Below are positions 1 to 10,257 of a stretch of DNA of 64,000 nucleotides, one piece after another. The translations under genes were made by a program, and so were the position numbers. Position 1 is the first letter of the stretch, and each line of letters starts with the position of its first letter. The stretch comes from Nitrospinaceae bacterium. Its GTDB lineage: Bacteria; Nitrospinota; Nitrospinia; Nitrospinales; Nitrospinaceae. The DNA is taken from the NCBI GenBank assembly GCA_965223665.1, contig OZ245011.1, positions 1,632,001 to 1,696,000 on the forward strand, written 5' to 3'. The notes beneath the pieces are model-generated. The model was not told where the DNA came from and ran no database searches. It worked only from the letters and a program-made list of their open reading frames with translations.

Positions 1-23
1 TCATTGCGAACCTTGGGTATTGG

Positions 24-425
24 TTGTTTTCAGGAACAATGGATGACATTTCTAGTAAGGTCGTTATGGCATCCTTCCCTTATCTGGCGTTGAACATTTA
101 CAATTTTTTACAGATGAAAAACCGAACGGTGAAACCCTGGGTTTACCTTGTCGAGCGCATCATTACGATTGGCGGCATGGTCATGCTGGGGCTGATGGCG
201 TTTCCAGGTGGTTTTTTCATCGCGCAGCTCAGCCCGGTGTTCATCAGTTTTTGGGGAGCCATTTTTCTGAACCTGCTCTCCCTGGTGGAACATCAACAAA
301 GAGCCATCATGTTTGGTTTTCATTTTCTTATTTTCCTGATGGTTTTCTCCATAGAGTTTTTCTACTTTCATTTCCTTAGCCGCAACAAGCAAGCCCTGTC
401 GGAAAAATTGCAGCTGGATAATTAG
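24..425 (+). CDS. Small multi-pass membrane protein, hypothetical (true start uncertain, may extend beyond the window edge)
   Basis: 133-aa ORF with about 4 hydrophobic segments; converges on the terminator at 440-470. Confidence 0.55.
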   Translation: MFSGTMDDISSKVVMASFPYLALNIYNFLQMKNRTVKPWVYLVERIITIGGMVMLGLMAFPGGFFIAQLSPVFISFWGAIFLNLLSLVEHQQRAIMFGFHFLIFLMVFSIEFFYFHFLSRNKQALSEKLQLDN

Positions 426-439
426 AATAACTCCAACAT

Positions 440-470
440 AAAAAAGGAGAGCTTCCGTAGAAACTCTCCT
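440..470 (-). terminator. Intrinsic terminator downstream of the vWA gene
   Basis: Minus strand reads AGGAGAGTTTC-TACG-GAAGCTCTCCT followed by a T-run, about 35 nt after the stop at 506. Confidence 0.8.
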
Positions 471-505
471 AATAAAGCTTACTATTTTGCTTAAATCACA
501 GAACC

Positions 506-2257
506 TTATTTTGGAGGTTCTGGAACCAAACAGGTTACAGGATCGCTGGTATTACCCGATTGATCTACCGCAGTCACCACAGGGTCCCCATTCAAAATGA
601 TATGATGGTCCACATGGTTGGCGTTACCCTTGTTGCCACCAATATCTTTAATTTCAGGAGTGGCTTCCGCATCCTGGGTAAACTTAATGGTGGTTCCTAC
701 CGCGAACGGACCAAACACCACACCACTGACAGGATCAGTCACAAAAATTTGAAGAGGCGCACAATCCTGCGTGAGGTTGTCCGTGGCACTCAGAATATAG
801 AAACCATCTTCATTAATTTTGTTAGCTTTCGGTGTGTTGTTGCCGTTAGGGTTCTCGGTTTCGGTACAAGTTGCAACCGGCGCGATCGTATCCACCCAAT
901 GCTTGAGCAGGTCGACCGAATCTACCATACCACCGATAGTCGTACTTACCGTAATGGTATCCGTACCTAAGCTGTTACAACTTTTTGGTACCGTATAGTC
1001 AAAGGATACAGCGGCTCCGCCCGGTGTAGCCGTTTCGGAACCATTCGGACCGGCATTCTGCCCACTCACTGAAAAATTAATGAGTCGGTCCGGCCCGGTG
1101 CCTCCCAAAATTTGACCAAACACTGTATGCGAGTCGTCTTGACTGAGCTCGTTGGTGGCTGTTGGAGGAGACGCCGTCAATTGAAGCAGATGGATTTGAA
1201 TATCCGCGGTGACACTGTCGCTTCCATTCTCGTCTGAACCGTCGGCTCTTAAAGTTACATCGTAGTCACCCACACCCAGGTTTGGAGTGGTATCACAATC
1301 CGAAGTCACCGGTCCGTCTTGTGGAAGTGCCGGATTACAAGTGGTCGGTGCATCCGCCCCATTGATCTGATATTGGGCATTTTCCAAAGTGGTTGATAGC
1401 AAGTCCGGTAAACTTTCCGCTAGCAAAGAAGGATCAGGAACAGGAAAACATTTTCCACCGGTCGCATCGGCAATTTCATGTAGAGTTCCCACTGCACCGC
1501 TGACACAATCCACATTTGGGCCTACCGCAAACGTATCTACCTGAGCGCCGGTCGCAGCTAAATCCGCCAACTGTCCGGCGAAACCACCAGTTGCATCTTC
1601 TCGATTACCGAATCCATCTGAGAAAAAGAAGACACGGTTATTACCACTGGTGCTGGCTCCAAGAACGGAAATAATTCTCTCCATGGCTTGTGAGAAATCC
1701 GTCCAACTGGAACCAATGGAAATAGGAGTGAACTGGTTTACACCCGCCGGACCGCCGCCTGCATCGGAAAAAGCAGATTGAGCCACCGTGATCACGTTAT
1801 TCGGATCCGTAGTCAACAATCCGGGCATATCCGCAGCGGCACTTCCATCAGCAAATATGACGAGGCCCATTTCTTTTACAGAAGTTATATTGGGTTGACT
1901 TTGATAAGTTACAATCGCACTGACTTCACAATCCAGAATAGTACCTCCCAGGCAGGCATTCTGCACCGTACTGGCAGAGACATCCAGAACATAAATGAGT
2001 CCAATATCCGGAACGCCCTGACCCACACTGACTTCGCCATCGATAGGTACATCAATGGTACCTCCCGGACCAGACGCAGCGGGTACTTTAAACTCGGCTT
2101 CATCGGCCGGGTCTTGAATTTCTGAAGTAAGTTCTCCACCGTTGGGTAGAGTCGTGGAATTGGGGTTGACCGCAAGCGCCGCAACAGGCACGAGTCCCCA
2201 AAGCAAGATCGCCACAATCCCAACCACCATTTTTGAATACATATTCGATTTAAACAT
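506..2257 (-). CDS. Secreted von Willebrand factor A (MIDAS) domain protein with Ig-like C-terminal domains
   Basis: Signal peptide; MIDAS motif LDVSAS, then TDF and FFSDG; Thr/Gly/Asp-rich beta segments with paired cysteines. Confidence 0.8.
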   Translation of the reverse strand: MFKSNMYSKMVVGIVAILLWGLVPVAALAVNPNSTTLPNGGELTSEIQDPADEAEFKVPAASGPGGTIDVPIDGEVSVGQGVPDIGLIYVLDVSASTVQNACLGGTILDCEVSAIVTYQSQPNITSVKEMGLVIFADGSAAADMPGLLTTDPNNVITVAQSAFSDAGGGPAGVNQFTPISIGSSWTDFSQAMERIISVLGASTSGNNRVFFFSDGFGNREDATGGFAGQLADLAATGAQVDTFAVGPNVDCVSGAVGTLHEIADATGGKCFPVPDPSLLAESLPDLLSTTLENAQYQINGADAPTTCNPALPQDGPVTSDCDTTPNLGVGDYDVTLRADGSDENGSDSVTADIQIHLLQLTASPPTATNELSQDDSHTVFGQILGGTGPDRLINFSVSGQNAGPNGSETATPGGAAVSFDYTVPKSCNSLGTDTITVSTTIGGMVDSVDLLKHWVDTIAPVATCTETENPNGNNTPKANKINEDGFYILSATDNLTQDCAPLQIFVTDPVSGVVFGPFAVGTTIKFTQDAEATPEIKDIGGNKGNANHVDHHIILNGDPVVTAVDQSGNTSDPVTCLVPEPPK

Positions 2258-2408
2258 AAATTCCCCCGTTCATTTTAAATTAGACTTTAGTTTCGAGTTC
2301 AATTTTGATGCAGTGGGTTTACTTCACCGTTTGTGGGTTACTTCGGATCAACCTCCTTTCCTTTTTGTTCCGTTATTTCCCTTTTCATAAAACCTCTCCA
2401 TAGCAAAT

Positions 2409-4250
2409 TTATAATGCTGAATCCTTTTCAAGAGTTATCAATAAAGCCCCATGGGAAGTGGTCGGCATTTCTTCACGTCGAATCGAGCGATAGCCGGGAG
2501 CAGAAATCGAAAGAGTGTGACCTCCGGGCCCCAGTTCTGTAAAAAGAAAGTGGCCGTTCCCATTGGTAATGGTTTGACGTTGAGAATGACTGGTGATCCC
2601 CTGCATTTGACCAGACCAGAAAAGCTTGACCCTGGCATTCGATACAGGTTCCCCATCAAAACTTATGATGTTTCCCGCCAATTGGTCATTCCCCCAATCG
2701 ACAACCAGATCCGCATTTTTTATTTCTCCGGATTCCAGTTGAATTCCACTAAAACTGAACTTCGGGGAGCCTTTGCTGGAAAAATTGACCACCCCCGCGG
2801 GCACATCGTTTACCTGAAACCGACCACTCTTATCTCCGGTAACCGCAAGGTTTTTGCTGGCCCCTGCCCCTGTGTTCGACATCCATAGGGTGAATTGCGA
2901 AAGAGGTTTACCGCGGACGTTGAGCATGCGGCCTTGAATGCTGGTCCTGCCCATAGGTTCCAGAAAAATGGTCCGTTCGGGATTATTGGTCCTGACGGCT
3001 ACATGGTCTTCAAAATAATCTTTAAAATCCTCTTTGGGTCGAACCCAAAGCCGGTAATCGTCACCAATTTCCACATCATCTATTTCAAAGAAACCATCCG
3101 ATAAAGTCCTGGCGTTATAATTCCCCTGATGAATTTGGGAAAACAATCGAACTTTCGCTCCTCCGACAGGAATAGAGTTTTCATCCAGAACATAGCCGTA
3201 AACAGGAACCCCCTGGTTTAACTGTTTCAATTGAACATTGAGCTGAGTGGTTGGTGTCTCCCTTAATTGAGACTGGGGAATCCCACGAGTTTCGGTACGA
3301 TAACCTGACAAGGTGAAACGAACACTTTGATTGCGTTCTCGGTCATCCACATTAATTTGCAGGAGGTAAACTCCGTTGTTGTCTGTGGTCGTCGCATTTC
3401 TCTGACCAGAAGCAGCCACTCGAACATCGGCAAGAGGTTGACCCTCCCCATCCGTAACAACTCCGTTAATGGTTACCGGTGTTCGGGTATCATTTTTTAC
3501 TTGAAGAACCAGTGAAGTCACTCCGGCTCGAACTAGTTTGTTGATGCTTTCATAACTCCGAGTTTTCTCTGTTCGAAGCAGGTACTCGCCATCCGGTAAC
3601 TCTTCAAAATTAAATTGTCCCAAAGAATCCGATCGCGTCTCTTCCTTCACTCCGGAACTACTGCTAGCTCCATTGCCTTCTGCCAGACTTCGACTAGACA
3701 CCACAACTTTTAGATTTTTAACGGGTTCTGTGTTCTGATCGTATATCCAACCTGAAATCGGCTGAAGAGGAGGTTCGTTCTCTAATTCTTTTAGAGATGG
3801 AGTTTCAACCGCACCCTCTGAACTTTCCCTCGCAAAGGACTCGTCCATGGAAGCAGATGATTTTTTATTCTGGTCTGTTTTGCTTGAGAGATCTTTGAAC
3901 TGATCCTTGGCCGAATCTCCGAGAGAATCCTTTAAACCTTCATTTTCTGAAGTGTTACTATCGAGGTTTTTATTTTCAAAATCCTTTTGGCCTTTTCCCG
4001 GATCATCCAGGATGAAAAAAGATTTCTCTGTTGCAAATTCATTCGGCAAAGAATTGGTGCTGAAAAAATATGATTCAATATGGTTTACAATTGGCTCATA
4101 AAAACCATATATCCCCCATCCAACCAGCAAAACAAAGGCAAGAACAGCAATCCATTTTCCTCTCGAAGATTCCCTTCTAACCTTTTCAGCACCTGGTTTT
4201 GAAGTACCTAGTTTTTCTTTTGAACCAGCCGTCATTTTTGCCCCTCTCAA
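2409..4250 (-). CDS. Membrane-anchored protein with multiple carboxypeptidase-regulatory-like (Ig-like) domains
   Basis: One N-terminal TM, an acidic/Ser-rich linker, then about 5 repeats of the type IxGxVxDxxGxPxxxxxV...TDxxGxFxF...GxY. Confidence 0.8.
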   Translation of the reverse strand: MRGAKMTAGSKEKLGTSKPGAEKVRRESSRGKWIAVLAFVLLVGWGIYGFYEPIVNHIESYFFSTNSLPNEFATEKSFFILDDPGKGQKDFENKNLDSNTSENEGLKDSLGDSAKDQFKDLSSKTDQNKKSSASMDESFARESSEGAVETPSLKELENEPPLQPISGWIYDQNTEPVKNLKVVVSSRSLAEGNGASSSSGVKEETRSDSLGQFNFEELPDGEYLLRTEKTRSYESINKLVRAGVTSLVLQVKNDTRTPVTINGVVTDGEGQPLADVRVAASGQRNATTTDNNGVYLLQINVDDRERNQSVRFTLSGYRTETRGIPQSQLRETPTTQLNVQLKQLNQGVPVYGYVLDENSIPVGGAKVRLFSQIHQGNYNARTLSDGFFEIDDVEIGDDYRLWVRPKEDFKDYFEDHVAVRTNNPERTIFLEPMGRTSIQGRMLNVRGKPLSQFTLWMSNTGAGASKNLAVTGDKSGRFQVNDVPAGVVNFSSKGSPKFSFSGIQLESGEIKNADLVVDWGNDQLAGNIISFDGEPVSNARVKLFWSGQMQGITSHSQRQTITNGNGHFLFTELGPGGHTLSISAPGYRSIRREEMPTTSHGALLITLEKDSAL

Positions 4251-4623
4251 CGTTATAAAACAACAGCGTTTCTTTTATTGAGAATCCTTACGCAGATGAT
4301 TTTTGGATTAAGAATTTTTTAAACTGGATTCTCTAAAACCAGCTTAAATAAAAAACCTTTTCCTTTTTGCTGCTACACTATAAGAGAGAGCCTTTGAAGT
4401 AAATAGCCCAAATTAGTCATTTTTGAGTAAAAATTATTTTAATTTCGGATGGGATGTTTTGGGAATATGAGAATCAATATTGGAAGGACAAACCGGAAAT
4501 TGTCGAAACCCTTACATGAGCCTTGTCATATTTTTTATTACTTAAGTGTCATAAGCTGAAACGAATACCTTTATTAAGGTCAACCATTCACGTAGACGCA
4601 AGAAATTCTTAATAAATCAAACG

Positions 4624-5088
4624 ATGAAATTCCTTTTATCTTACAAATTTACTTACCTGGTTTTAATTATTGCGAATCTTTTAGTTTTGTTTTGCAAACA
4701 ATATTTCTTTAAAGGAAAGGATGAATATTTTTTTCAAAAAATTGTCTGGTGGAGTCCCTGGGTAATAATTAATTTGTTACTATTCATAAAAATGATCAAA
4801 AGAAAACTGACTTATAAATTTTTTGTCATGGAAGAATTTGTGACCTACTGTAGAATCGGAATGCTGTTTTATCTGACTCCATCCTTTGGTCTAATAATTT
4901 TTCTCAGCCCGATATTCGAAAGTTTCTGGCTTCCCCTTTGGGAACTTATTAATTTTTTTGATAAGCACTCAATTACAAAGGGGTCTTTATTTATTATATA
5001 TTTCACACTGCTGATTCTTTTTTTAATCCTCGAAATTCGTTATCTAAAACTCTTAAGAAAAAACTCAAACCTCTTAGCCGCAAAATAA
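4624..5088 (+). CDS. AT-rich multi-pass membrane protein, hypothetical
   Basis: 154-aa ORF with an ATG start and 4 hydrophobic segments. Confidence 0.6.
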   Translation: MKFLLSYKFTYLVLIIANLLVLFCKQYFFKGKDEYFFQKIVWWSPWVIINLLLFIKMIKRKLTYKFFVMEEFVTYCRIGMLFYLTPSFGLIIFLSPIFESFWLPLWELINFFDKHSITKGSLFIIYFTLLILFLILEIRYLKLLRKNSNLLAAK

Positions 5089-5133
5089 AACCTCCGAAAA
5101 TCACCTTCATTCCAAAACTTGCTTTTCATAAGG

Positions 5134-5177
5134 AAAACCCCCTACCTCCCGCCGCCTCACCGCGGGAAATAGGGGGC
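5134..5177 (-). terminator. Probable terminator after the tyrosinase gene
   Basis: Minus-strand stem CCCCTATTTCCCGC...GCGGGAGGTAGGGG followed by GTTTT, just after the stop at 5192. Confidence 0.6.
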
Positions 5178-5191
5178 TCCATCACCTAGGG

Positions 5192-8100
5192 TCAGTTCAT
5201 CGCTTTCTTCACGGCGGGGAAGTTGGCTTTGAGATAATCCAGCACCTCGCTGTAAGGCTCGCGGATAATGGCACGAGTTGGCTTTTGTTGCTTGACAATG
5301 GTTTCAACCATCCTGGCAAACCGAACCTGATCGCTTTCCGATACTTTCTTATAGTTCATTCGGCCCACCATCGCTTTGATCACCGCCCGGCGAAACTTAT
5401 CCGTTTCCTGACTGTTGCCGAGGATCTTCATCGCAATCCGCGGAAACCCAGAATCATTTTTAGCCATGGGCACCAACGCCGCTTCTCTCACTTCAAACGG
5501 AATTTGCGGACTCATGAGAATTTCCATGATCTTGCCCCGGCTTTGCCGGTCTTCGGAAAGTCCTTCCACCGCGGCAGCTCTCACCTTCACATCCGCATGA
5601 TCCACAAACGGACGGAACGCTTTCAAATGCCGAGATGAGCCGTACAAATTCAACAACTGCAGCGCATCCGCCAAAGGCACTGCCGGTTTTCCTCGGCCTA
5701 TCAGGGAATCCGCCAATTGCTTGGCCGCTTCTTTATCCCCGGAAGAAACCAGCAACTGAAATGAAGTCAACCGCAGTTTGTCCATATGCGTGGTCAAATT
5801 CTTTCGCGCCCAGGTGATGACTTGTTGCTTCGCGGTTTCATTTTTTTCAACCGTCGCTCGGCGAGCCATCTCCGTAAGCAGTTTCACTTTAAAATTTACC
5901 GTGCCACCGCGCGGGTTATTTAGAATCTGATCACTGGTATCCAGCAACTTTTTATCCAACGGAACCTGCCGTGTGGCTTCCAGACGCACATCTTCATCCT
6001 CTTGCGCATTCTGGATCAAAGGAAAAATCTTTCCGCGGACTTGCTGCTTTTCACCTATGGTAGATTTCAAAGCTTTCAAACGCATTTCCTTCGGTTGATT
6101 CCGATCCGTAAACACTTTGGACAAATCACTATTAACAACAATGAACTTATTCACCATCTCAATAATATCCGGATGCACCAGGATCAGTTTGCGAAATCCA
6201 TAGGGAACATCGTCATAACTGAAACCCAACCCAAGTTTCGGATCAAATTTACCCAGGTAATCGATCATATCACGTGGTCTTGCCACCGAAGGGGTTGCCG
6301 GCCACAAGTTGCCGATGGTAGAAGCCGGGAACGGCTTTTGTGGAACAATCGGCCGACTGCGCGGAACATTAAAGTTACTGTTCATGTCCGCAACGCTGGC
6401 CTGGTTCGGCGGGCGATCGTCACGACTTCCCGGACCCTGTGGTCCGGAGAGACTATCCCACGGCCACATACCATCCTCTAAATAAGCGCCACTGAACCAG
6501 GCGTTATTTCCTGGATCGCTCCAGTTGCCGTTGTTGTCATAATGTTGCGGCGCAGGAAACGTCTGCGCTCCTCCGGAAATTCCGAAGCGTCGCTTTTTCC
6601 ATTGCCAATACGCCCACTGCCGGTCCACCTGTGTATGCAGTAAATAAAACAGCGGATCCGTTGCCGAACGTTGCGGCGAAAGAATGTGACCGCTGCCGCA
6701 GGTCCAGCCATGGGAATAATTATGAGAGTATCTTTCCATAATATTACTGAAAGAAGTTGAACTGCTGCGCGGTCCAAAGTTGTCGTATACCATCAGATTG
6801 GGACGACTTAACAGAGCGCCCTCGCCGGCAGCATTGAATTCATTTTGCATATCCGTATTAGGTTCGTCTACAAACCGAAAGTTTGGCCAATCCGGAAAGA
6901 CGGTATGATCACTGCCATTTCGGCGAACCACACCAAACGACAAAGAACCGTTGGTCCCTAAGTCTGTATCCCATCCATTTAATGGATTGGTCCAGTGAAA
7001 ATTAACTGCCGGTGGAAACGACCCCGTTCCCGGAGCACCCATGAAACCACTGACAAACACATTGGGCGATTGCCGATCCCAATTCCAATAGGGCAACGCC
7101 ACGCTGGGATCAATCTTTTGCAGTTCACGTTCCAGGTGCAACAATAAGGCACGATGCCATGGCAAAAACGCCGGCTGGCTATGACCCAAATCCCCCGGGC
7201 CGCTTCCTACGGTGGATCCCAAACGGTGCAACTCCTGAAACATCAGATACCCTTTAGAGTTTCCGTCGGCATCCAGCCCGGTGTCTGACTGATTGCGCAG
7301 TTCACGCATAGCGTTTAAAAATCGGTCTCGCTCTCCGGTGGTCAACTTATTTGCATCCTTACGAATTCGCACCATGAGTTTGTGTTTACCGATCAGTTTT
7401 CCTTTTGCTTTTCCTTTGTGAACTTCAATAACGGCATCCTTGTCTTTAATGCTGGGACGGCCGAATTTACCTGCTATCACAAAGTTCACCCATTTCCCGT
7501 TACGCGGCAAATCCAGAGTCAGCGTTTTACGAGTGGCTGTAGTGTTGATGGGCCAGGGTTTTTTGTATTTCGCGAACAACACATCCCCGCCAGCACGTAA
7601 TTTATCATTAGTCAAAACTACTTTAACGGGTTGCGGGTTTAAACTGGCGCGACCTTTGTAGCGAGCCCTGGCAAACGTGGGTGCCCAGGTGACGTAATCA
7701 TCCTTTCCTGTTTTTGTCTGATTAACCTGAATTTCCACTTCGAGGCCTGGAGGAAATTTCGGTTTTTTACAATCGATGCTGGGAATTGTCATTCCACCAC
7801 CGCGTCCAAATCCGGTACAACGTTCACATATGGAACCCGGCCCGGTTCCACCAAATCCGCCCAGTTGCCATTCACCTATGGTATTGCCGCGACTCATGGA
7901 GGAAATCATTTCCTCCTGCATGCGGCCCATCTCCGGGTTCCTTTCAAACAACTCAGTCGCGCGGAAATTATCTGCGGGACATAAAATCTGCGTACAAATA
8001 CGCTCGGTCAGATCCGGCCGAAACCGTTCGCGGAACCGGTTTACCGCACACAAGGTATCGTAAGTATTGGCGAACCTTCCGACATTCTGCGAGCGGAAGG

Positions 8101-8551
8101 CCACGTAAGTTTTTCCACCCTGCAAATTAGCCACGATCTTTCCATTCTTTTTCGTGTAAGGAACGTCCAGGAGTTTGCCCTGAACATATTCTTTAAATTC
8201 CAGTTCTGGAAAATCAGACGCTTTCGCTTTGATGGTTTTGTTAGGATCGATTTCAACACTTCTTACCGTTTGCCCCACACCCGTGTTTACTTTAAAGGCC
8301 GTCGCCTCGTTGAATAAAAACATCAGATCCTTGGGCAAAGGGACTGTTTCGGCCTTTTTAGGTTTGGGACACGGTCGCAGGATGGGTCGGAAAGACGTCC
8401 ATCCGCGCGAAGGCGCAGTCGATAATCGGGATTCATCCTGACAGGGAAGTGTCAATCTCGGTTGTTCTCTCAACTGCGCATTGGATCGATCACTCATAAA
8501 AAAGAAGGCAGCAAGAACAATCAGAACTACTATTAGCATAAATTTTTTCAT
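5192..8551 (-). CDS. Secreted tyrosinase-family (type-3 dicopper) protein with a long N-terminal extension and C-terminal HEAT-like repeats
   Basis: Signal peptide; CuA region ELH...HSQPAFLPWHR and ALPYWNW; CuB region HNYSH...SATDPLFYLLHTQVDRQW; C-terminal helical repeats such as DVKVRAAAVEGL and FEVREAAL. Confidence 0.9.
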   Translation of the reverse strand: MKKFMLIVVLIVLAAFFFMSDRSNAQLREQPRLTLPCQDESRLSTAPSRGWTSFRPILRPCPKPKKAETVPLPKDLMFLFNEATAFKVNTGVGQTVRSVEIDPNKTIKAKASDFPELEFKEYVQGKLLDVPYTKKNGKIVANLQGGKTYVAFRSQNVGRFANTYDTLCAVNRFRERFRPDLTERICTQILCPADNFRATELFERNPEMGRMQEEMISSMSRGNTIGEWQLGGFGGTGPGSICERCTGFGRGGGMTIPSIDCKKPKFPPGLEVEIQVNQTKTGKDDYVTWAPTFARARYKGRASLNPQPVKVVLTNDKLRAGGDVLFAKYKKPWPINTTATRKTLTLDLPRNGKWVNFVIAGKFGRPSIKDKDAVIEVHKGKAKGKLIGKHKLMVRIRKDANKLTTGERDRFLNAMRELRNQSDTGLDADGNSKGYLMFQELHRLGSTVGSGPGDLGHSQPAFLPWHRALLLHLERELQKIDPSVALPYWNWDRQSPNVFVSGFMGAPGTGSFPPAVNFHWTNPLNGWDTDLGTNGSLSFGVVRRNGSDHTVFPDWPNFRFVDEPNTDMQNEFNAAGEGALLSRPNLMVYDNFGPRSSSTSFSNIMERYSHNYSHGWTCGSGHILSPQRSATDPLFYLLHTQVDRQWAYWQWKKRRFGISGGAQTFPAPQHYDNNGNWSDPGNNAWFSGAYLEDGMWPWDSLSGPQGPGSRDDRPPNQASVADMNSNFNVPRSRPIVPQKPFPASTIGNLWPATPSVARPRDMIDYLGKFDPKLGLGFSYDDVPYGFRKLILVHPDIIEMVNKFIVVNSDLSKVFTDRNQPKEMRLKALKSTIGEKQQVRGKIFPLIQNAQEDEDVRLEATRQVPLDKKLLDTSDQILNNPRGGTVNFKVKLLTEMARRATVEKNETAKQQVITWARKNLTTHMDKLRLTSFQLLVSSGDKEAAKQLADSLIGRGKPAVPLADALQLLNLYGSSRHLKAFRPFVDHADVKVRAAAVEGLSEDRQSRGKIMEILMSPQIPFEVREAALVPMAKNDSGFPRIAMKILGNSQETDKFRRAVIKAMVGRMNYKKVSESDQVRFARMVETIVKQQKPTRAIIREPYSEVLDYLKANFPAVKKAMN

Positions 8552-9061
8552 GGGACCCCCTCACAAGAGCTTTCAAGAAAGCCAGCTTATTTTGAGCAAA
8601 GTTTATGGTTCCGCGTGGATCCTGTTTCGGCCCCTCCTCACTAAAACTTCCCAAAACAGAAACCACGCTTCGGTTTAAAATTCTCGGTTCATTATGGGAA
8701 ATTGCGATACGATCAGTTGTGTGAATAGGAAGAGAATCCTATGAGATGGGTGGCGCCCCTTCCCTCCCGGTTCGAAACTGTAAGCTTTGCATCTCAGCTT
8801 CCCCTAATTAATTTGGTTCCATTATAGAAATTTTTCAAATCGAATATATCGTAGAAAGCATATATCTTTTGTCATATTCCGAATGACATCCCCAAAGTGG
8901 TCTGATTTTTGAAAAATCCATCCACACTATAAGGCAATTAAACTAATAAAATCAATGGGTTGTTTGATTAAGGGCTGGCAATACCGGGTTTTAGTGCCTA
9001 TTTTATAGAGAGCTTTGCATAACCAAGGATTATTGAACAAACAAGTTCAACAAAAGAGCAG

Positions 9062-9272
9062 AAACCCATGTTCGCCCTCTTTCCGGCCCACGCCCGGTGA
9101 GACTCACTCGCCGTGAGAGGCAACATTGATTTGGGATGATCGGTAACGAAATTGAATCAATAGAACCTTTTCTTAAGTTGAGTGGGTCTTCAGAAGAAAA
9201 CATAAAAATGGAAGACTCATGTATTCCCCCTTTGTGAAGGGGGATAGGGGGATTTTACCTCCAGGGGTTTTA
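9062..9272. repeat. Composite intergenic repeat: inverted copy of the 28040-28078 module plus a REP-like palindrome
   Basis: The reverse complement of 9083-9120 matches 28040-28078; 9218-9256 CCCCCTTTGTGAAGGGGG-ata-GGGGGATTTT matches 24865-24904. Confidence 0.75.
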
Positions 9273-9361
9273 CATTTTCTGACTTACGCAAAGATCTCTT
9301 TTATAAGAAACCGCAGTTATTGAAATTTCATTTAGAGGGCACACACCCCAAGGAGGATCGA

Positions 9362-10042
9362 ATGGAAAGAGATGAATTGCAACAGCATATCTATTCCACC
9401 TATGTTAACCAACGCCACGGGATGGCCTTGATCACTTTAGTTTTTCCGGCGCTACTTTATATCGTGGGGAAGTTTAACGGCATCCCATTGGAAAATTCGA
9501 TGAGCGCTTATTATTTTGCGCCGACCAGTAATCCGGTCGAGCAGGATTTCCCGGTGCGAGTCTGGTTCGTCGGAATCCTCTTTGCACTGGGAATTTTTTT
9601 CTATTTGTACAAAGGCTTTAGTGAAAAAGAAAACATTGCCCTGAACCTTGCCGGAGTGTTTGCCATAGGCGTAGCTATTTTTCCCATGGACAGACCTCCC
9701 GGAGATGAAAGCACCTGGTTCTCGATGCATGGGTTTAGCGCTGTCATGGTTTTCGTTTGTATCGCGTTCGTCAGTATCTGGTGCGCCAAAGATACGTTGT
9801 ACCTGTTAAAAGACGAAGCATTGGAAAACCGCTACAAAAAAATCTATGCGACTTTAGGTGGACTGATGGTCGCTTCCCCGGTGATCGCATTCATACTGAC
9901 TTTAGTATTCCAGAAACAGCCCAGTTATATTTTCTTTGTAGAAGCCGCCGGAGTCTGGACCTTTGCCGCCTATTGGTCCGTCAAAAGTACCGAGCTTGAA
10001 AAATCCAGCGCCGAACAACGCGCCCTCGCTAAAGAGATTTAG
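9362..10042 (+). CDS. Conserved-looking integral membrane protein (DUF998-like), about 7 TM
   Basis: AGGAGG RBS before the ATG at 9362; motifs SMSAYY, FVGIL, YKG, EN..LNLAG and H..SA in TM helices. Confidence 0.7.
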   Translation: MERDELQQHIYSTYVNQRHGMALITLVFPALLYIVGKFNGIPLENSMSAYYFAPTSNPVEQDFPVRVWFVGILFALGIFFYLYKGFSEKENIALNLAGVFAIGVAIFPMDRPPGDESTWFSMHGFSAVMVFVCIAFVSIWCAKDTLYLLKDEALENRYKKIYATLGGLMVASPVIAFILTLVFQKQPSYIFFVEAAGVWTFAAYWSVKSTELEKSSAEQRALAKEI

Positions 10043-10257
10043 CCTGCTACTGGATAACCAGAATCTTTTCTATAACTTGCAGGGAAGATTAGATTAGATA
10101 ACCTTCCCTCCATCCTGGAAAAATACTTCCTTAATTCCTAAATTCAGGGAGATAATCAACGAATATCCGTATTGCGCTTCTTTACCATTCCGAATATAAT
10201 TCTTCAAAAAAACAAAACATAACTAAGGTAATTCTAGGCCTCACATCGAGAGAGCAA

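Noticed and set aside
8745-8810. GGTTCGAA (tRNA T-loop-like) on the plus strand and GATGCAAAGC (c-di-GMP-I riboswitch-like) on the minus strand, upstream of the tyrosinase
   Set aside because: No cloverleaf or acceptor stem can be formed, and the GGCAAA/GAAA P2 elements of the riboswitch are absent.
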